Virus record (IMG/VR): IMGVR_UViG_3300020419_001132
DNA from: a virus
Taxonomy: Duplodnaviria > Caudoviricetes
DNA length: 64,000 bases
Reading direction: 5' to 3' (one strand)
Within the stretch, counting starts at the first letter, position 1; each line of letters begins with the position of its first letter. The position numbers and the translations under genes are program-made. The notes beneath the pieces are model-generated. The model saw nothing but the letters and a program-made list of their open reading frames with translations. It searched no databases and was not told the DNA's origin. Below, one piece after another: positions 29,984 to 39,355 of this stretch.

Positions 29984-30609
29984 TTATATTCCCTTGCATT
30001 TTCTATTACTGACTCGTAATCTATGTAATCTCTCATTTTAGCATATTCAGTAGATAAATTCATTTCCTCATAGTTAAATGTTTTAAGTTTATTAAATTTT
30101 CTCAAATCTAAACTGTTATCACGGTTATTAATATCTAACCATAATTCTACGTCAGATTTATCAATTTGTATTTTTTGTTTTTTAATTTTGTTCATTTCAC
30201 TTACTTTAGGATTAGGATGCTCCCAACCTGTTTTTTGTTGATATGTATGACTTAAAAACTGCTCCCATTTGTTTTGTCTTTGTAAATAGTATACATTTTT
30301 ATCTTCGTAAAAACTATATAACCATTCTCTATGATCTTCCCAGTTATATATCTGACTTGGAAATAGTTTTATACAATAGTGCCTGTCTTTTTTTATTTCT
30401 GATTCAATAAACTTGGTTTTTGAAGCAAGATTGTCTTTATCTAACTGGTCAAACATTTCTAATAGATGTTTATGGTTTCTTCTTTTAATCCAATATAACC
30501 AATCTTTGTTAAAGTATTCTCCAATGTAATTACTAGGTTTATCCAAGTAGCTATCTATAAACCAAGTGCTTCCACTTCTTGGACTAGCTATTAGTAGTTT
30601 AGTATCCAT
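29968..30609 (-). CDS. Sulfotransferase (Stf0-like)
   Basis: ASPRSGSTWF 5'-PSB motif; YLQRQNKWEQFLS; likely start 30609. Confidence 0.7.
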   Translation of the reverse strand: MDTKLLIASPRSGSTWFIDSYLDKPSNYIGEYFNKDWLYWIKRRNHKHLLEMFDQLDKDNLASKTKFIESEIKKDRHYCIKLFPSQIYNWEDHREWLYSFYEDKNVYYLQRQNKWEQFLSHTYQQKTGWEHPNPKVSEMNKIKKQKIQIDKSDVELWLDINNRDNSLDLRKFNKLKTFNYEEMNLSTEYAKMRDYIDYESVIENAREYKWMIL

Positions 30610-31342
30610 TTTGTTTCTGCCAGTCACTCCAATCAAAACTTCCATCTTCTAGCCACTGATTATTATGAGTATCACCCTTGCTTTGCAGACCGTGAATACT
30701 ACCTACTAAGTGTAATCTTTTATAATCTGTATATGGAACTTGATGAGGGCGAACAGTATTAAGTAGGAATGCTTCTCCTGGATCACACATAATAGGCCCA
30801 GCATCAGTATCTATTGCACTTACTTTAGGATCATTTTCTAATACATGATGATATCTAAATCCAGTATCTCCATCTGTATGCCATTCAAAGATACATTCAT
30901 TTTCCATATAGCTATACCAATAATTACTTCGACCCATATTATTACAATATTCATTTAATGCCTGATAATGATGTTCGCCTAGTTTTTTCATATCATTATG
31001 TAAAAAACACCAAATATCTTTTTGTGTATAGTTTCCTAGTCTTGCATTTTCTTGGCGCATCATTATCTTATATAGTGTTCCTGTTTCAAGATGATGTTCT
31101 TCAGTGTAATCTTCCCAGTCTGGTTCATCTTCTATTACAAACCCACGTAAGCTATCAACAAAATCTTTTTTATGCATAAGTTTGTCACTACGTTTTAGAT
31201 ATACATTCATGTATGTTTGGTTGCCAAACTTAATATCATCAAAAAATTCTTCAGTCATCTCATAGAATAGATCTGTCATTTCTTTTGTATTACTGATAGG
31301 CGGAATCTTTTTCCAAGCGTCTGTCATATGTGGGTCAAACAT
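30599..31342 (-). CDS. AspH-like Fe(II)/2OG oxygenase
   Basis: EWHTD...FLLNTVRPHQV...RLHLV; likely start 31342. Confidence 0.6.
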   Translation of the reverse strand: MFDPHMTDAWKKIPPISNTKEMTDLFYEMTEEFFDDIKFGNQTYMNVYLKRSDKLMHKKDFVDSLRGFVIEDEPDWEDYTEEHHLETGTLYKIMMRQENARLGNYTQKDIWCFLHNDMKKLGEHHYQALNEYCNNMGRSNYWYSYMENECIFEWHTDGDTGFRYHHVLENDPKVSAIDTDAGPIMCDPGEAFLLNTVRPHQVPYTDYKRLHLVGSIHGLQSKGDTHNNQWLEDGSFDWSDWQKQNGY

Positions 31343-31782
31343 TCGTATACTTCCTCTATTGGTTCTGCAAAACAAATTTGAAAATTTGTCCGCACATGGT
31401 TATTATTATTTACAAAATGTTCCTTTTGTGTATTCATTAGCACAGGAGTTTCATGTGTAACAATAGGACCATCTACAAATTCACAGTTAGCGTAATCTTT
31501 GTGCCAATAAAGTGGAACAATCAATACTGTGTTTCTATCCCATTTGTCGTTGTCTATATGGGGAATAACTTTTGATCCAGGCGGCTGTTGAACAAACATA
31601 GTATAACTTTTTAACGGAAACCTATTATACTTTTCAATGTTGTTATCCCAACATAGGTTGCCGTCATATGCTCCACCTTTTGTTGGATATGATATAAAAT
31701 TACTCCAGTCTAGACTTAGTTCTAATTCTTTAACTTCGCCATCAGAGATAACATTAGGTATCGCTATCCAATAAGGTAGCAT
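31324..31782 (-). CDS. Fe(II)/2OG-type DSBH oxygenase
   Basis: PPGSKVIPHID...LMNTQKEHFV...RTNFQI. Confidence 0.65.
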   Translation of the reverse strand: MLPYWIAIPNVISDGEVKELELSLDWSNFISYPTKGGAYDGNLCWDNNIEKYNRFPLKSYTMFVQQPPGSKVIPHIDNDKWDRNTVLIVPLYWHKDYANCEFVDGPIVTHETPVLMNTQKEHFVNNNNHVRTNFQICFAEPIEEVYECLTHI

Positions 31783-32432
31783 TATGTATATACCGCAAAT
31801 TTTTGTGCTTGTACAGCTTCTTCACAAACTTTAACATTAAGTATTAGCCATAAGCTATCACTGTTTACACTATTATTAAATAGGCAATGCGGTTTATGTG
31901 TGTTCATAAAGTATGATGTACCTTGTTGCCAATAGATAGGTTGCATGGTTGCTCCACCACCAAACATAAAATGAAATGTTGGAGGGTTTACATTTTTAAT
32001 AGGAGTTATAATCCTAAATACTTCCGGATCGTTGATTCTGTCACCGTCACAATGTGTGGGAAAATAACCTCCTGGCGGCAGTTTAATAAAATGACTTCTT
32101 GCTATCCAATCCTTCCAAGGGTCAACTAATTTACGTACTTCCTCGCACTGGTGATAGACAGGTGTAAGTGTTGTATAACTTGCTTCGTAAAAAATTTCGC
32201 CTGTTCGTTCCATTACGTCTTTGAGGCTATCTAGGTCGTTACCATCAAAACCCCCATCAATACTAGTTACACTTAATCCGTCTCGTAGGATATGTGGTTT
32301 ACCAGGATTAAATTTTTTCCATTTATCTTTAAATGGCTCTAGTTCTTTTTGTAATTTACCTGTATTACATTTAAATTTTGTTGGTAGTAAATCACCATAG
32401 TTACACATTATATTGTAAAGATGCCAACTCAT
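31782..32432 (-). CDS. AspH-like Fe(II)/2OG oxygenase
   Basis: LPPGGYFPTHCD...FMNTHKPHCLFN. Confidence 0.7.
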   Translation of the reverse strand: MSWHLYNIMCNYGDLLPTKFKCNTGKLQKELEPFKDKWKKFNPGKPHILRDGLSVTSIDGGFDGNDLDSLKDVMERTGEIFYEASYTTLTPVYHQCEEVRKLVDPWKDWIARSHFIKLPPGGYFPTHCDGDRINDPEVFRIITPIKNVNPPTFHFMFGGGATMQPIYWQQGTSYFMNTHKPHCLFNNSVNSDSLWLILNVKVCEEAVQAQKFAVYT

Positions 32433-32880
32433 TTATAACCTCCTGTACTGCTTCTTCTAGTGTTGTTTTTGTTATTAGATTAGGATTATCTTTTGTAAGT
32501 TCATGATTTTTTAGAAATCCCCATGTAAGATACTTTTGATTAAGTGTAGTACTTATATTCCTTAATGCTAATTTATTCTGTTTCTTGATTTTATATTCTT
32601 CATCTATAACATTAGCTTCAGTAATATTACTGCCTATATTGATACAAGGAATCTTTTTTTTATTTGCTAGTACACTTATATTTACTTGTGCATTTCCAAC
32701 TTCTGCGTTGTTTACAATTACATCAAACTTTGTTTCAAAAATAGCATCAGCATTGAACAATAAATTATAACCATTTGTTCTACTAAATCCTACTACCTCG
32801 TATCCTCCTTGAATACATTTTTCTTTAATATGTTTGCCGAAGCCTTTCGTATGCCCGGTTATGCCAATCGTAATACCCAT
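32401..32880 (-). CDS. Short SDR / NAD(P)-binding Rossmann-fold protein
   Basis: ITGHTKGFG (TGxxxGxG), IVNNA, INIGS, YxxxK-like YKIKK. Confidence 0.6.
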   Translation of the reverse strand: MGITIGITGHTKGFGKHIKEKCIQGGYEVVGFSRTNGYNLLFNADAIFETKFDVIVNNAEVGNAQVNISVLANKKKIPCINIGSNITEANVIDEEYKIKKQNKLALRNISTTLNQKYLTWGFLKNHELTKDNPNLITKTTLEEAVQEVINELASLQYNV

Positions 32881-33314
32881 TGCAGGCCTCCTCGTGGTAT
32901 ATCTTCCTGTGTCAAATTCCAGTTATAAAAGTTATGTTTTTGAAACCATTCCAGTAATTTAGGATTTTCTTCTCTGCTTATCCAGATATCTTTATATCCT
33001 AATTCTAATGCATACTTTGTACTTTGTTCTAACGTTTCGTTTCCTCGTTGCAGATCATCGTTCATACTCCCCCAATCATAATCTCTATCTCTTGTATGTC
33101 TACTCATAATACGTATGCTACCATTATATTCAGGACGTTCTATGCCTGCACTATAATAAATTAGATGGGGATCGTATGCCATACGGGAAAATTTAGTATG
33201 TTCAAATAATGGCCATTGTACATAATTAGATTCATGTTTATGACCTTTTGTTTTTTTAAATAGTTCTTTTATATCATTTAAATGAGGATTAATATCTTCT
33301 AGTAACCATTTCAT
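32859..33314 (-). CDS. Hypothetical protein (possibly GNAT-like)
   Basis: 151-aa coupled ORF; only weak resemblance to GNAT (YALELGYKDIWIS). Confidence 0.4.
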   Translation of the reverse strand: MKWLLEDINPHLNDIKELFKKTKGHKHESNYVQWPLFEHTKFSRMAYDPHLIYYSAGIERPEYNGSIRIMSRHTRDRDYDWGSMNDDLQRGNETLEQSTKYALELGYKDIWISREENPKLLEWFQKHNFYNWNLTQEDIPRGGLQWVLRLA

Positions 33315-33886
33315 GGAATGCTTTCTTCGTGATGATCTTTATGGTTACCTTCAAAGGGTGCAATAACATTTACCCATAATCTGTTTGCAGGACCTTCTGC
33401 GTCGTGACCAAACAAGTTTAGCACACCAAAACCTAAGTATGCAAGAAGAAATATTATTGATAAAATTACTAGAGCATTTACACCGAAAAGTAAAAACCAT
33501 AAAATAGTGTTTGCAATATAGATTGTATATCTATGTTTATGGAAAAATACTACTCTTGGATTCTTTATCATGTCTTTTATATATTTCCTTGGTATTGATT
33601 CAATATGCCATAAACTAAAAAGTATATTATACCAGGGTTGGAACTTAGCACTATGGGGGTCTTTTTCAGTATCAGCAAATTCGTGGTGCATACGATGTAC
33701 GCCAACCCATCCTAAAGGACTTCTTAGCCCACATAGCAATCCGCAGTAAAGCATTACAATTTCTTGCCACTTATTTGCCTTAAAACTTTTATGTGAAAAA
33801 TACCTATGATAACCATAAGTAACACCTATTGTTACAACAACCATGTAACAAAAATAAGATAAGAGTATAAGATATAGTACTTCCAT
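33311..33886 (-). CDS. Membrane fatty-acid (delta-9 type) desaturase, short
   Basis: His boxes GYHRYFSH, HRMHH, NHKDHH; hydrophobic segments. Confidence 0.85.
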   Translation of the reverse strand: MEVLYLILLSYFCYMVVVTIGVTYGYHRYFSHKSFKANKWQEIVMLYCGLLCGLRSPLGWVGVHRMHHEFADTEKDPHSAKFQPWYNILFSLWHIESIPRKYIKDMIKNPRVVFFHKHRYTIYIANTILWFLLFGVNALVILSIIFLLAYLGFGVLNLFGHDAEGPANRLWVNVIAPFEGNHKDHHEESIP

Positions 33887-33928
33887 ACTAATACTTATCT
33901 CAATTATGTTGGGTATAAATTAATGTGA

Positions 33929-35212
33929 TTAGTTTAGGTTTTCCCAAGCACCACCATTGTATCCTTGGAACTTGGCTCCTGCTGTATTAAATACAATCAT
34001 TCCTGCTGAAGGGCTTGAAAGTGCGGTATCACGTGCAGAATCATTTGCATATACAGGTAGCATAAATGCACCTGAAGCTTTTACATTACCTACTACTTCA
34101 ACTGCTTCTGTAACTGCACCAAAACTAGTATTTGCAGGATCAACTCTAAGTTTAACACCACCACTTACCATGTAGTCATTAAATAAACTTAAACCTTTAC
34201 CGCCACCGTTTGAATTAATAAACATAGCTGTTTTTGATGCTGATATATAACCATATGTAGTATTATTATCATTAAATTTTACTGAACCTAATGTTGTTGA
34301 AGAACCTGCTCCTGCTGTTCCATATTCTAATCTTAGTTCTGCGTCTGTTGCATCAATTGTTTTGACTGTAACTTGTTTTGTTTGTACTAATGCATTGTCT
34401 ACGGTACCTACAAGTTTTGATAATATACCATCAACAAGTATTGTAGAATCATCTGAATAAACTGATCCAGTTAGTTCTCCGTCTAATGTACCGTTAACTG
34501 CTCCACTAAATGTTCCTTTAACTATACTAGCTGATATTTGTCCGTTGACAGCATCAACCAGTAATGTTGAATTATCTGCAAATACTGAACCGCTTAGATC
34601 ACCGTCTATTGCTGTTGCATTTACTGTTGCGGCAGTAATAGTTGTAACGTTAGTTATTGCCTGGGTATTCATATTCAATGCGCCACTGCCCATTGTTAAC
34701 CCGTTAAGGTTAATAATAGTATTGGAGTTTGCATCAATATTGCCTGACATTGTTAAGCCAGATATACTTAGAGTGCTTGTCGGTGCCCAATTTGCGCCGC
34801 CCCAAGCTAGTAATTGATTTGTACTAGGGGTTCCTATAGCTACATCACTTAGGTCTTTAATTGAATTATTTGTTAGGACAATTTTACTATTAACAGCATC
34901 TACAAGGATAGTAGAATCATCGCCAACAATACTACCTTTATAATCTCCTACGAAGTTAGTAGCAGTAACAGAGCCAGTTATATTAATATTACCATTACCA
35001 GTAATATTTTTACTGTTCATATCTAAATTTCCGCCAAGTTGTGGAGTAACATCTTCTAAAAGATCGTTCATTCCACTTACAAGGTTTCCACCTAATGTAG
35101 TGCCGTCTCCAGCATACAGTTTTTTCGTATCAGTAGTGTATACTATTTCGCCTTCTGCTGGCGTTACGCCCGTTCTACTAGCATTAGTACCGCGTCTAAG
35201 TCTTAAAGCCAT
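33929..35212 (-). CDS. Tail-fibre-like structural protein
   Basis: N-terminal MALRLRRGT..PAEGEIVYTTDTKKLYAGDG (Mtd-N/hyaluronidase-N-like); PQLGGNLD motif; G/S/T/N-rich body. Confidence 0.7.
   Translation of the reverse strand: MALRLRRGTNASRTGVTPAEGEIVYTTDTKKLYAGDGTTLGGNLVSGMNDLLEDVTPQLGGNLDMNSKNITGNGNINITGSVTATNFVGDYKGSIVGDDSTILVDAVNSKIVLTNNSIKDLSDVAIGTPSTNQLLAWGGANWAPTSTLSISGLTMSGNIDANSNTIINLNGLTMGSGALNMNTQAITNVTTITAATVNATAIDGDLSGSVFADNSTLLVDAVNGQISASIVKGTFSGAVNGTLDGELTGSVYSDDSTILVDGILSKLVGTVDNALVQTKQVTVKTIDATDAELRLEYGTAGAGSSTTLGSVKFNDNNTTYGYISASKTAMFINSNGGGKGLSLFNDYMVSGGVKLRVDPANTSFGAVTEAVEVVGNVKASGAFMLPVYANDSARDTALSSPSAGMIVFNTAGAKFQGYNGGAWENLN
34409..34954 (-). repeat. Three ~26-aa internal repeats in the tail-fibre-like gene
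   Basis: FVGDYKGSIVGDDSTILVDAVNSKIV / IDGDLSGSVFADNSTLLVDAVNGQIS / LDGELTGSVYSDDSTILVDGILSKLV. Confidence 0.8.
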
Positions 35213-35242
35213 GTCTTTTAACTCCTAGTGAATTACTATATG

Positions 35243-35250
35243 TATTTATA
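35243..35250 (-). promoter_or_regulatory. T4-late-type promoter
   Basis: Exact TATAAATA upstream of SD AGGAG and ATG 35212. Confidence 0.65.
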
Positions 35251-35267
35251 CATTTAGCCATCTAAAC

Positions 35268-35597
35268 TTACCTGCGTTTTTTTAAGAAACTTGCTGTTCG
35301 ACGTTGAATATCTTGCTTTATTCTTTTGGTATCTAGTCTAAAATCAATGTGCTTTATGTCGTTTTCGTATTCAGCAAACAAATCACCCATTGACTTCTCT
35401 ACAGCCTCCGGACTGTCTTTTAATTTAGACTTTGCAACATCTATATCCCATATCTTTCCATCACTAAATTGTACACGAACAGAATGAAGATATTTAATTG
35501 GCACAACATTTAATTCAACATCTTGAAATATTTCCGGCCAATGCGATATAACGTCTTCTGGAAGCTTCTTGGTCTTTTTAGGCACTTTCGTTAGCAA
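35268..35597 (-). CDS. Hypothetical protein
   Basis: 109-aa coupled ORF. Confidence 0.65.
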   Translation of the reverse strand: MLTKVPKKTKKLPEDVISHWPEIFQDVELNVVPIKYLHSVRVQFSDGKIWDIDVAKSKLKDSPEAVEKSMGDLFAEYENDIKHIDFRLDTKRIKQDIQRRTASFLKKRR

Positions 35598-36210
35598 CTT
35601 TTTTCTTCTTGGTAGGCGCTAACTCTTCTGCTTGTTCTCTAAGTTTCTTTGCTTCTTTGAATAACCTATCAGCTTGTGATCTGTACCCAGAGGCAATTTG
35701 TTCATCGCTTAATACACCATCTTGTGGAGCAGTTAAGTTTGTAGTTGCATCGTCTGCAATCGGTTGTGCAGGCGTTGTTTTAGCAGATTCTGTTGCTGTT
35801 TTAGGAGCATCTGAAACTTCTGCTCTTGGATCTTTTAGAGCTAAATCATCAATGCTAACTCCTTTTTGATCAGCAATAATTTTGTTAAGCTCATCTAAAG
35901 AAACTACAGTCTTATTGTCAGGAGTCATTTCAACATCAGATGTGTTAAACTTTACCATCTTTCCTGTTGTATGAAACCTTGCTAACATATTACTTCCATC
36001 TGAAAGTTGTGTTCTAGCCATTACTTCAGCTAGTTCGTTAGCACTCTGAGCGGCATTAGATTCAACAAGACTAATCAAACTATCATGATCAGCCGCTTCT
36101 AAGTTTTCAGTTGTTACACATACACACTGATCAGATTCACCTGGTACAGTTCTATATGCAACTACTAGTTTTCGTTGATTGGTTTTCAATCTTCCTACAT
36201 GTTTAAGCAT
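35578..36210 (-). CDS. Hypothetical protein
   Basis: SD AAGGAG before ATG 36210 (MLKHVG...). Confidence 0.7.
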   Translation of the reverse strand: MLKHVGRLKTNQRKLVVAYRTVPGESDQCVCVTTENLEAADHDSLISLVESNAAQSANELAEVMARTQLSDGSNMLARFHTTGKMVKFNTSDVEMTPDNKTVVSLDELNKIIADQKGVSIDDLALKDPRAEVSDAPKTATESAKTTPAQPIADDATTNLTAPQDGVLSDEQIASGYRSQADRLFKEAKKLREQAEELAPTKKKKVANESA

Positions 36211-36466
36211 TTTTTGCTCCTTCTTGTGCCTTCTGTTGAGCGGCAACGGCTGTTAGAAAGGCTTCTAGTTTGGTATAAACGGTGCCTACTACAGTCATTT
36301 CGTTTGGTTTAAATGCACCTCTGCCACTTGCAACATCAATAATTTGTTTCAAATTATTTAAATCGGCAACGGTTAATTCAACTGGTCCTTCTGCTCCTTC
36401 TGGTGTAGAAGTTTGTTCTTCTACAGGTGCAACAGACTCAGCTGGTTTTTCTTTCTCGTCGGTCAT
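36203..36466 (-). CDS. Hypothetical protein
   Basis: SD AAGGAG; 87 aa. Confidence 0.7.
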   Translation of the reverse strand: MTDEKEKPAESVAPVEEQTSTPEGAEGPVELTVADLNNLKQIIDVASGRGAFKPNEMTVVGTVYTKLEAFLTAVAAQQKAQEGAKNA

Positions 36467-36503
36467 ACAAGTTTCTCCTTATATTATAATTATGACTTAA
36501 TAT

Positions 36504-36794
36504 TTACTTATATTTTAAATGTGGACAAGCTAAAGTGAAATACGATAGCTCTTTAGGTTCTTCAAAACCTACCTTTAAAGACTCTGACATGGTGTTTGAT
36601 GTATCAACATGTATTCCTCTTCCTATGTAAAACCTACCTTTAAGGTGGCTTTTAATCCATTTACCTATTGTGTGATCAAGGTTATACCTCATAGGAACAT
36701 GTATGTATTCAAAATGAGGAGGCGGATTATTCGGAGTTCTTACACCGAAGAAGTCTAAACGATTAGGTTTTTTAATTGTTAATTGCTTCTTCAT
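36504..36794 (-). CDS. Hypothetical protein
   Basis: 96-aa ORF overlapping the upstream stop. Confidence 0.65.
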   Translation of the reverse strand: MKKQLTIKKPNRLDFFGVRTPNNPPPHFEYIHVPMRYNLDHTIGKWIKSHLKGRFYIGRGIHVDTSNTMSESLKVGFEEPKELSYFTLACPHLKYK

Positions 36795-38160
36795 AATGTG
36801 CAGTTATCCCAAATGGTGCTTCAAAATTTTTATCATGATATCCATGTATAATGAATACAGTATCGCAATACTCTTCGTCACCCCAACTATCCCAAGGATA
36901 GCCATCTGTAAACATAATAAATTTCTTAGGTTGAATGTCGTTTTCTTTCATGTATTTCCAATTACACATGAAGTCTGTACCACCTCCACCTTTGATGTCG
37001 TAGTTTAATAAATCATCACTATTGTCAGATGAAAAATCTTGTTCATTATAAACTTTTGTATCAAAGCACCATACTTTAATATTAAAGTCTTTGTATTGAT
37101 CCATAATGCCTTTTAGCTCAGACATCATTTCCTTAGCTTGTTCGTTACCAATTGAACCGCTCATGTCAAGTCCAACGGCAATGTCAATTGTTTCTTCAAA
37201 ATTCATTCCAGGAAGAACTGCACCAATGTGCCAACCTTTACGTGAAGGCCTCATAAAAGTGTAATCGCTCTTTATTACAGATTGAATCTGTTGCTGAATT
37301 ATTTCTCGCCAATTCATTTTAGGTTCTGTAAGTTCTTTTATCATTCTTTCTATTTCACCAGGAACATTACCAGCACCTGCGGCTTGTGCCGCCGCCATCA
37401 TACCTTCTTTAATTTCTTCTTTAATCTTACGAAGTTGCTCTTTTGAATACTTAGGAGGTCCTTTTTTCTTATTTCCATTAGCACCTTTTCCTTGATTATC
37501 ACCGTCTTCACCCCAGTCGATATGATCATCTAACAATTCACCTAATTGATCTAAATCAATTTTTTCCGCATTTTCATATAAGTGATCGTATACTTGTTCT
37601 GACGACCAACCTTCGTATTTGTAGTCTTGATAGATAGGTATTTGTGTAACTTTTTCTCCTATCTTTTCTCTAACAAGTAAGTTGTTTACAAGATAGTCAC
37701 AAGCAATATTATATAAGTGAGGATCTCTATCTACCCTTCGCTCTAAATGATCGAATGCACAATGTAATATTTCGTGTGCAATTACAAATTCAATTTGTTT
37801 TTCTGTAAGGTTATTAAAAAATTGTGTGTTGTAATATAAATGTCTACCGTCTGTTGCGGCAGTAGGACACCAATCATCACAACTAGCTATTTTTAATCTT
37901 GTAGCCATGTTACCAAAGAATGGATGTCTCAATAAAAGTCCAACCCTTGCTACAATAACTTTATCTAAAACTTCTTTAGACATTTTTTCAAGAACTTCTG
38001 GATCAATATCTGGATCTGGTTGCCAATTCTTTTTGCCAAGTTTTTCAGGTAAAGTTGATCCTGGAACTGGCATATTATTAACGTCTGCAACCTCACCCAT
38101 AATGATGTCGTTCATATGTGCTTGGAATTCACCTTCTGTATTTGCTTGTGATATTGTCAT
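36772..38160 (-). CDS. Metallopeptidase-like + VWA domain protein (DUF2201 type)
   Basis: AATDG..HEILH zincin motif; VWA MIDAS DMSGS, GGGTDF, FTDG. Confidence 0.85.
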   Translation of the reverse strand: MTISQANTEGEFQAHMNDIIMGEVADVNNMPVPGSTLPEKLGKKNWQPDPDIDPEVLEKMSKEVLDKVIVARVGLLLRHPFFGNMATRLKIASCDDWCPTAATDGRHLYYNTQFFNNLTEKQIEFVIAHEILHCAFDHLERRVDRDPHLYNIACDYLVNNLLVREKIGEKVTQIPIYQDYKYEGWSSEQVYDHLYENAEKIDLDQLGELLDDHIDWGEDGDNQGKGANGNKKKGPPKYSKEQLRKIKEEIKEGMMAAAQAAGAGNVPGEIERMIKELTEPKMNWREIIQQQIQSVIKSDYTFMRPSRKGWHIGAVLPGMNFEETIDIAVGLDMSGSIGNEQAKEMMSELKGIMDQYKDFNIKVWCFDTKVYNEQDFSSDNSDDLLNYDIKGGGGTDFMCNWKYMKENDIQPKKFIMFTDGYPWDSWGDEEYCDTVFIIHGYHDKNFEAPFGITAHYEEAINN

Positions 38161-38195
38161 GTTATGTTCCCTATTCAGTGCCTTATTATGTATAT

Positions 38196-38224
38196 ACTAT
38201 ACTATATTTAATGAAAGAAGTCAA
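38196..38224 (-). promoter_or_regulatory. sigma70-type promoter
   Basis: TTGACT-N17-TATAGT. Confidence 0.7.
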
Positions 38225-38269
38225 GAGAAATGGACATTTTTTGTAAGAGAAATGCCCAAAACTCATATA

Positions 38270-39355
38270 TTATGCCTGTTGTGCTTTGGTAATATATCTA
38301 CCAAAACGATCATGAAACTCATCAAAACACTTAACTTCATCTGGATCAATTGGAAGAGCATATTGTGTGAGGGCCAACTTTACACCCATAACAACCAATT
38401 CAGTTTCGAAGTTGTCCATCATAAAACGTAAAAATCTATCAACCATATCATCGAAGTCTTTATCGTTTTTATCAGATGCTTCTTTAAGTTCATAACAGAG
38501 TGAGACCGCTAAGGAATACATGGCACTGATTTCTTTGGTCTGCAACTCCTTTACCTTGCCGTTTAATATGTCGGCTGGGTTAGGCATTTGTGATGCTACC
38601 TTACGGTGAGCAACAAACTTGAGAGCCAGGCCTTCGCCTACTGAACCACTAACAAGATCTGTTGTAGTTTCCTCGTCAAGTTCATCTTCAAGCAACTCAC
38701 TAACAAAACTCCATGAACGCGGAGTTGCAAATGATCGGCTTGGAGATTTCGGATCAAAGTCGTATAGGTCCTTTTTGCTAAATTGCAAATAACCTACAAC
38801 GTCTTTATGAATTTTGTTATCAACGGCCCATGAAAACCAATCTGGAAAATCAACTGAAAGTTCTAAGTGAACAAACCTGTTTGCTAATGGAGCCGGCATT
38901 CTATAAACAACACCTTTATCTGCTTCTCTGTTACCTGCGGCAACAATATAAACATTATCAGGTAGTTCATAAGTGCCAACACGTCTATTAAGAATAAGCT
39001 GATAAGCCGCCGCCTGTACAGCCGGAGCCGCAGAATTCATTTCGTCTAAGAAAAGGATAATTGCCTTATGTTTCTTAGCCATTTTAGCATTTGGAAGTTC
39101 AACAGGTGGTGCCCATTGCATAGTATTATCGTTTGCTGAATAATACGGAATTCCTTTAATATCTGTTGGTTCCCAAAGTGATAACCTAACATCAATTACG
39201 TGAGCTTCAATAGACTCACCAATTTGATGAACGATATCTGATTTACCAATGCCTGGAGGTCCCCAAATAAATACGGGCCTCTTTTTGTTCATTGCATGTA
39301 ATATTCTTGATTTTGCCGTATTCGGGCCTAGTGTGCGAACTGCTACATTTTCCAT
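38270..39355 (-). CDS. MoxR-like AAA+ ATPase
   Basis: Walker A GPPGIGKS, Walker B LFLDE, AAGN, PLANRF. Confidence 0.9.
   Translation of the reverse strand: MENVAVRTLGPNTAKSRILHAMNKKRPVFIWGPPGIGKSDIVHQIGESIEAHVIDVRLSLWEPTDIKGIPYYSANDNTMQWAPPVELPNAKMAKKHKAIILFLDEMNSAAPAVQAAAYQLILNRRVGTYELPDNVYIVAAGNREADKGVVYRMPAPLANRFVHLELSVDFPDWFSWAVDNKIHKDVVGYLQFSKKDLYDFDPKSPSRSFATPRSWSFVSELLEDELDEETTTDLVSGSVGEGLALKFVAHRKVASQMPNPADILNGKVKELQTKEISAMYSLAVSLCYELKEASDKNDKDFDDMVDRFLRFMMDNFETELVVMGVKLALTQYALPIDPDEVKCFDEFHDRFGRYITKAQQA

Noticed and set aside
33311-33886. Cyanophage assignment from the desaturase and T4-like genes
   Set aside because: No photosynthesis or other cyanobacteria-specific genes are in the window; the host remains undetermined.
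33929-35212. Diversity-generating retroelement target suggested by the Mtd-like N-terminus
   Set aside because: No reverse transcriptase, no template/variable repeat pair and no C-type lectin-like C-terminus in the window.
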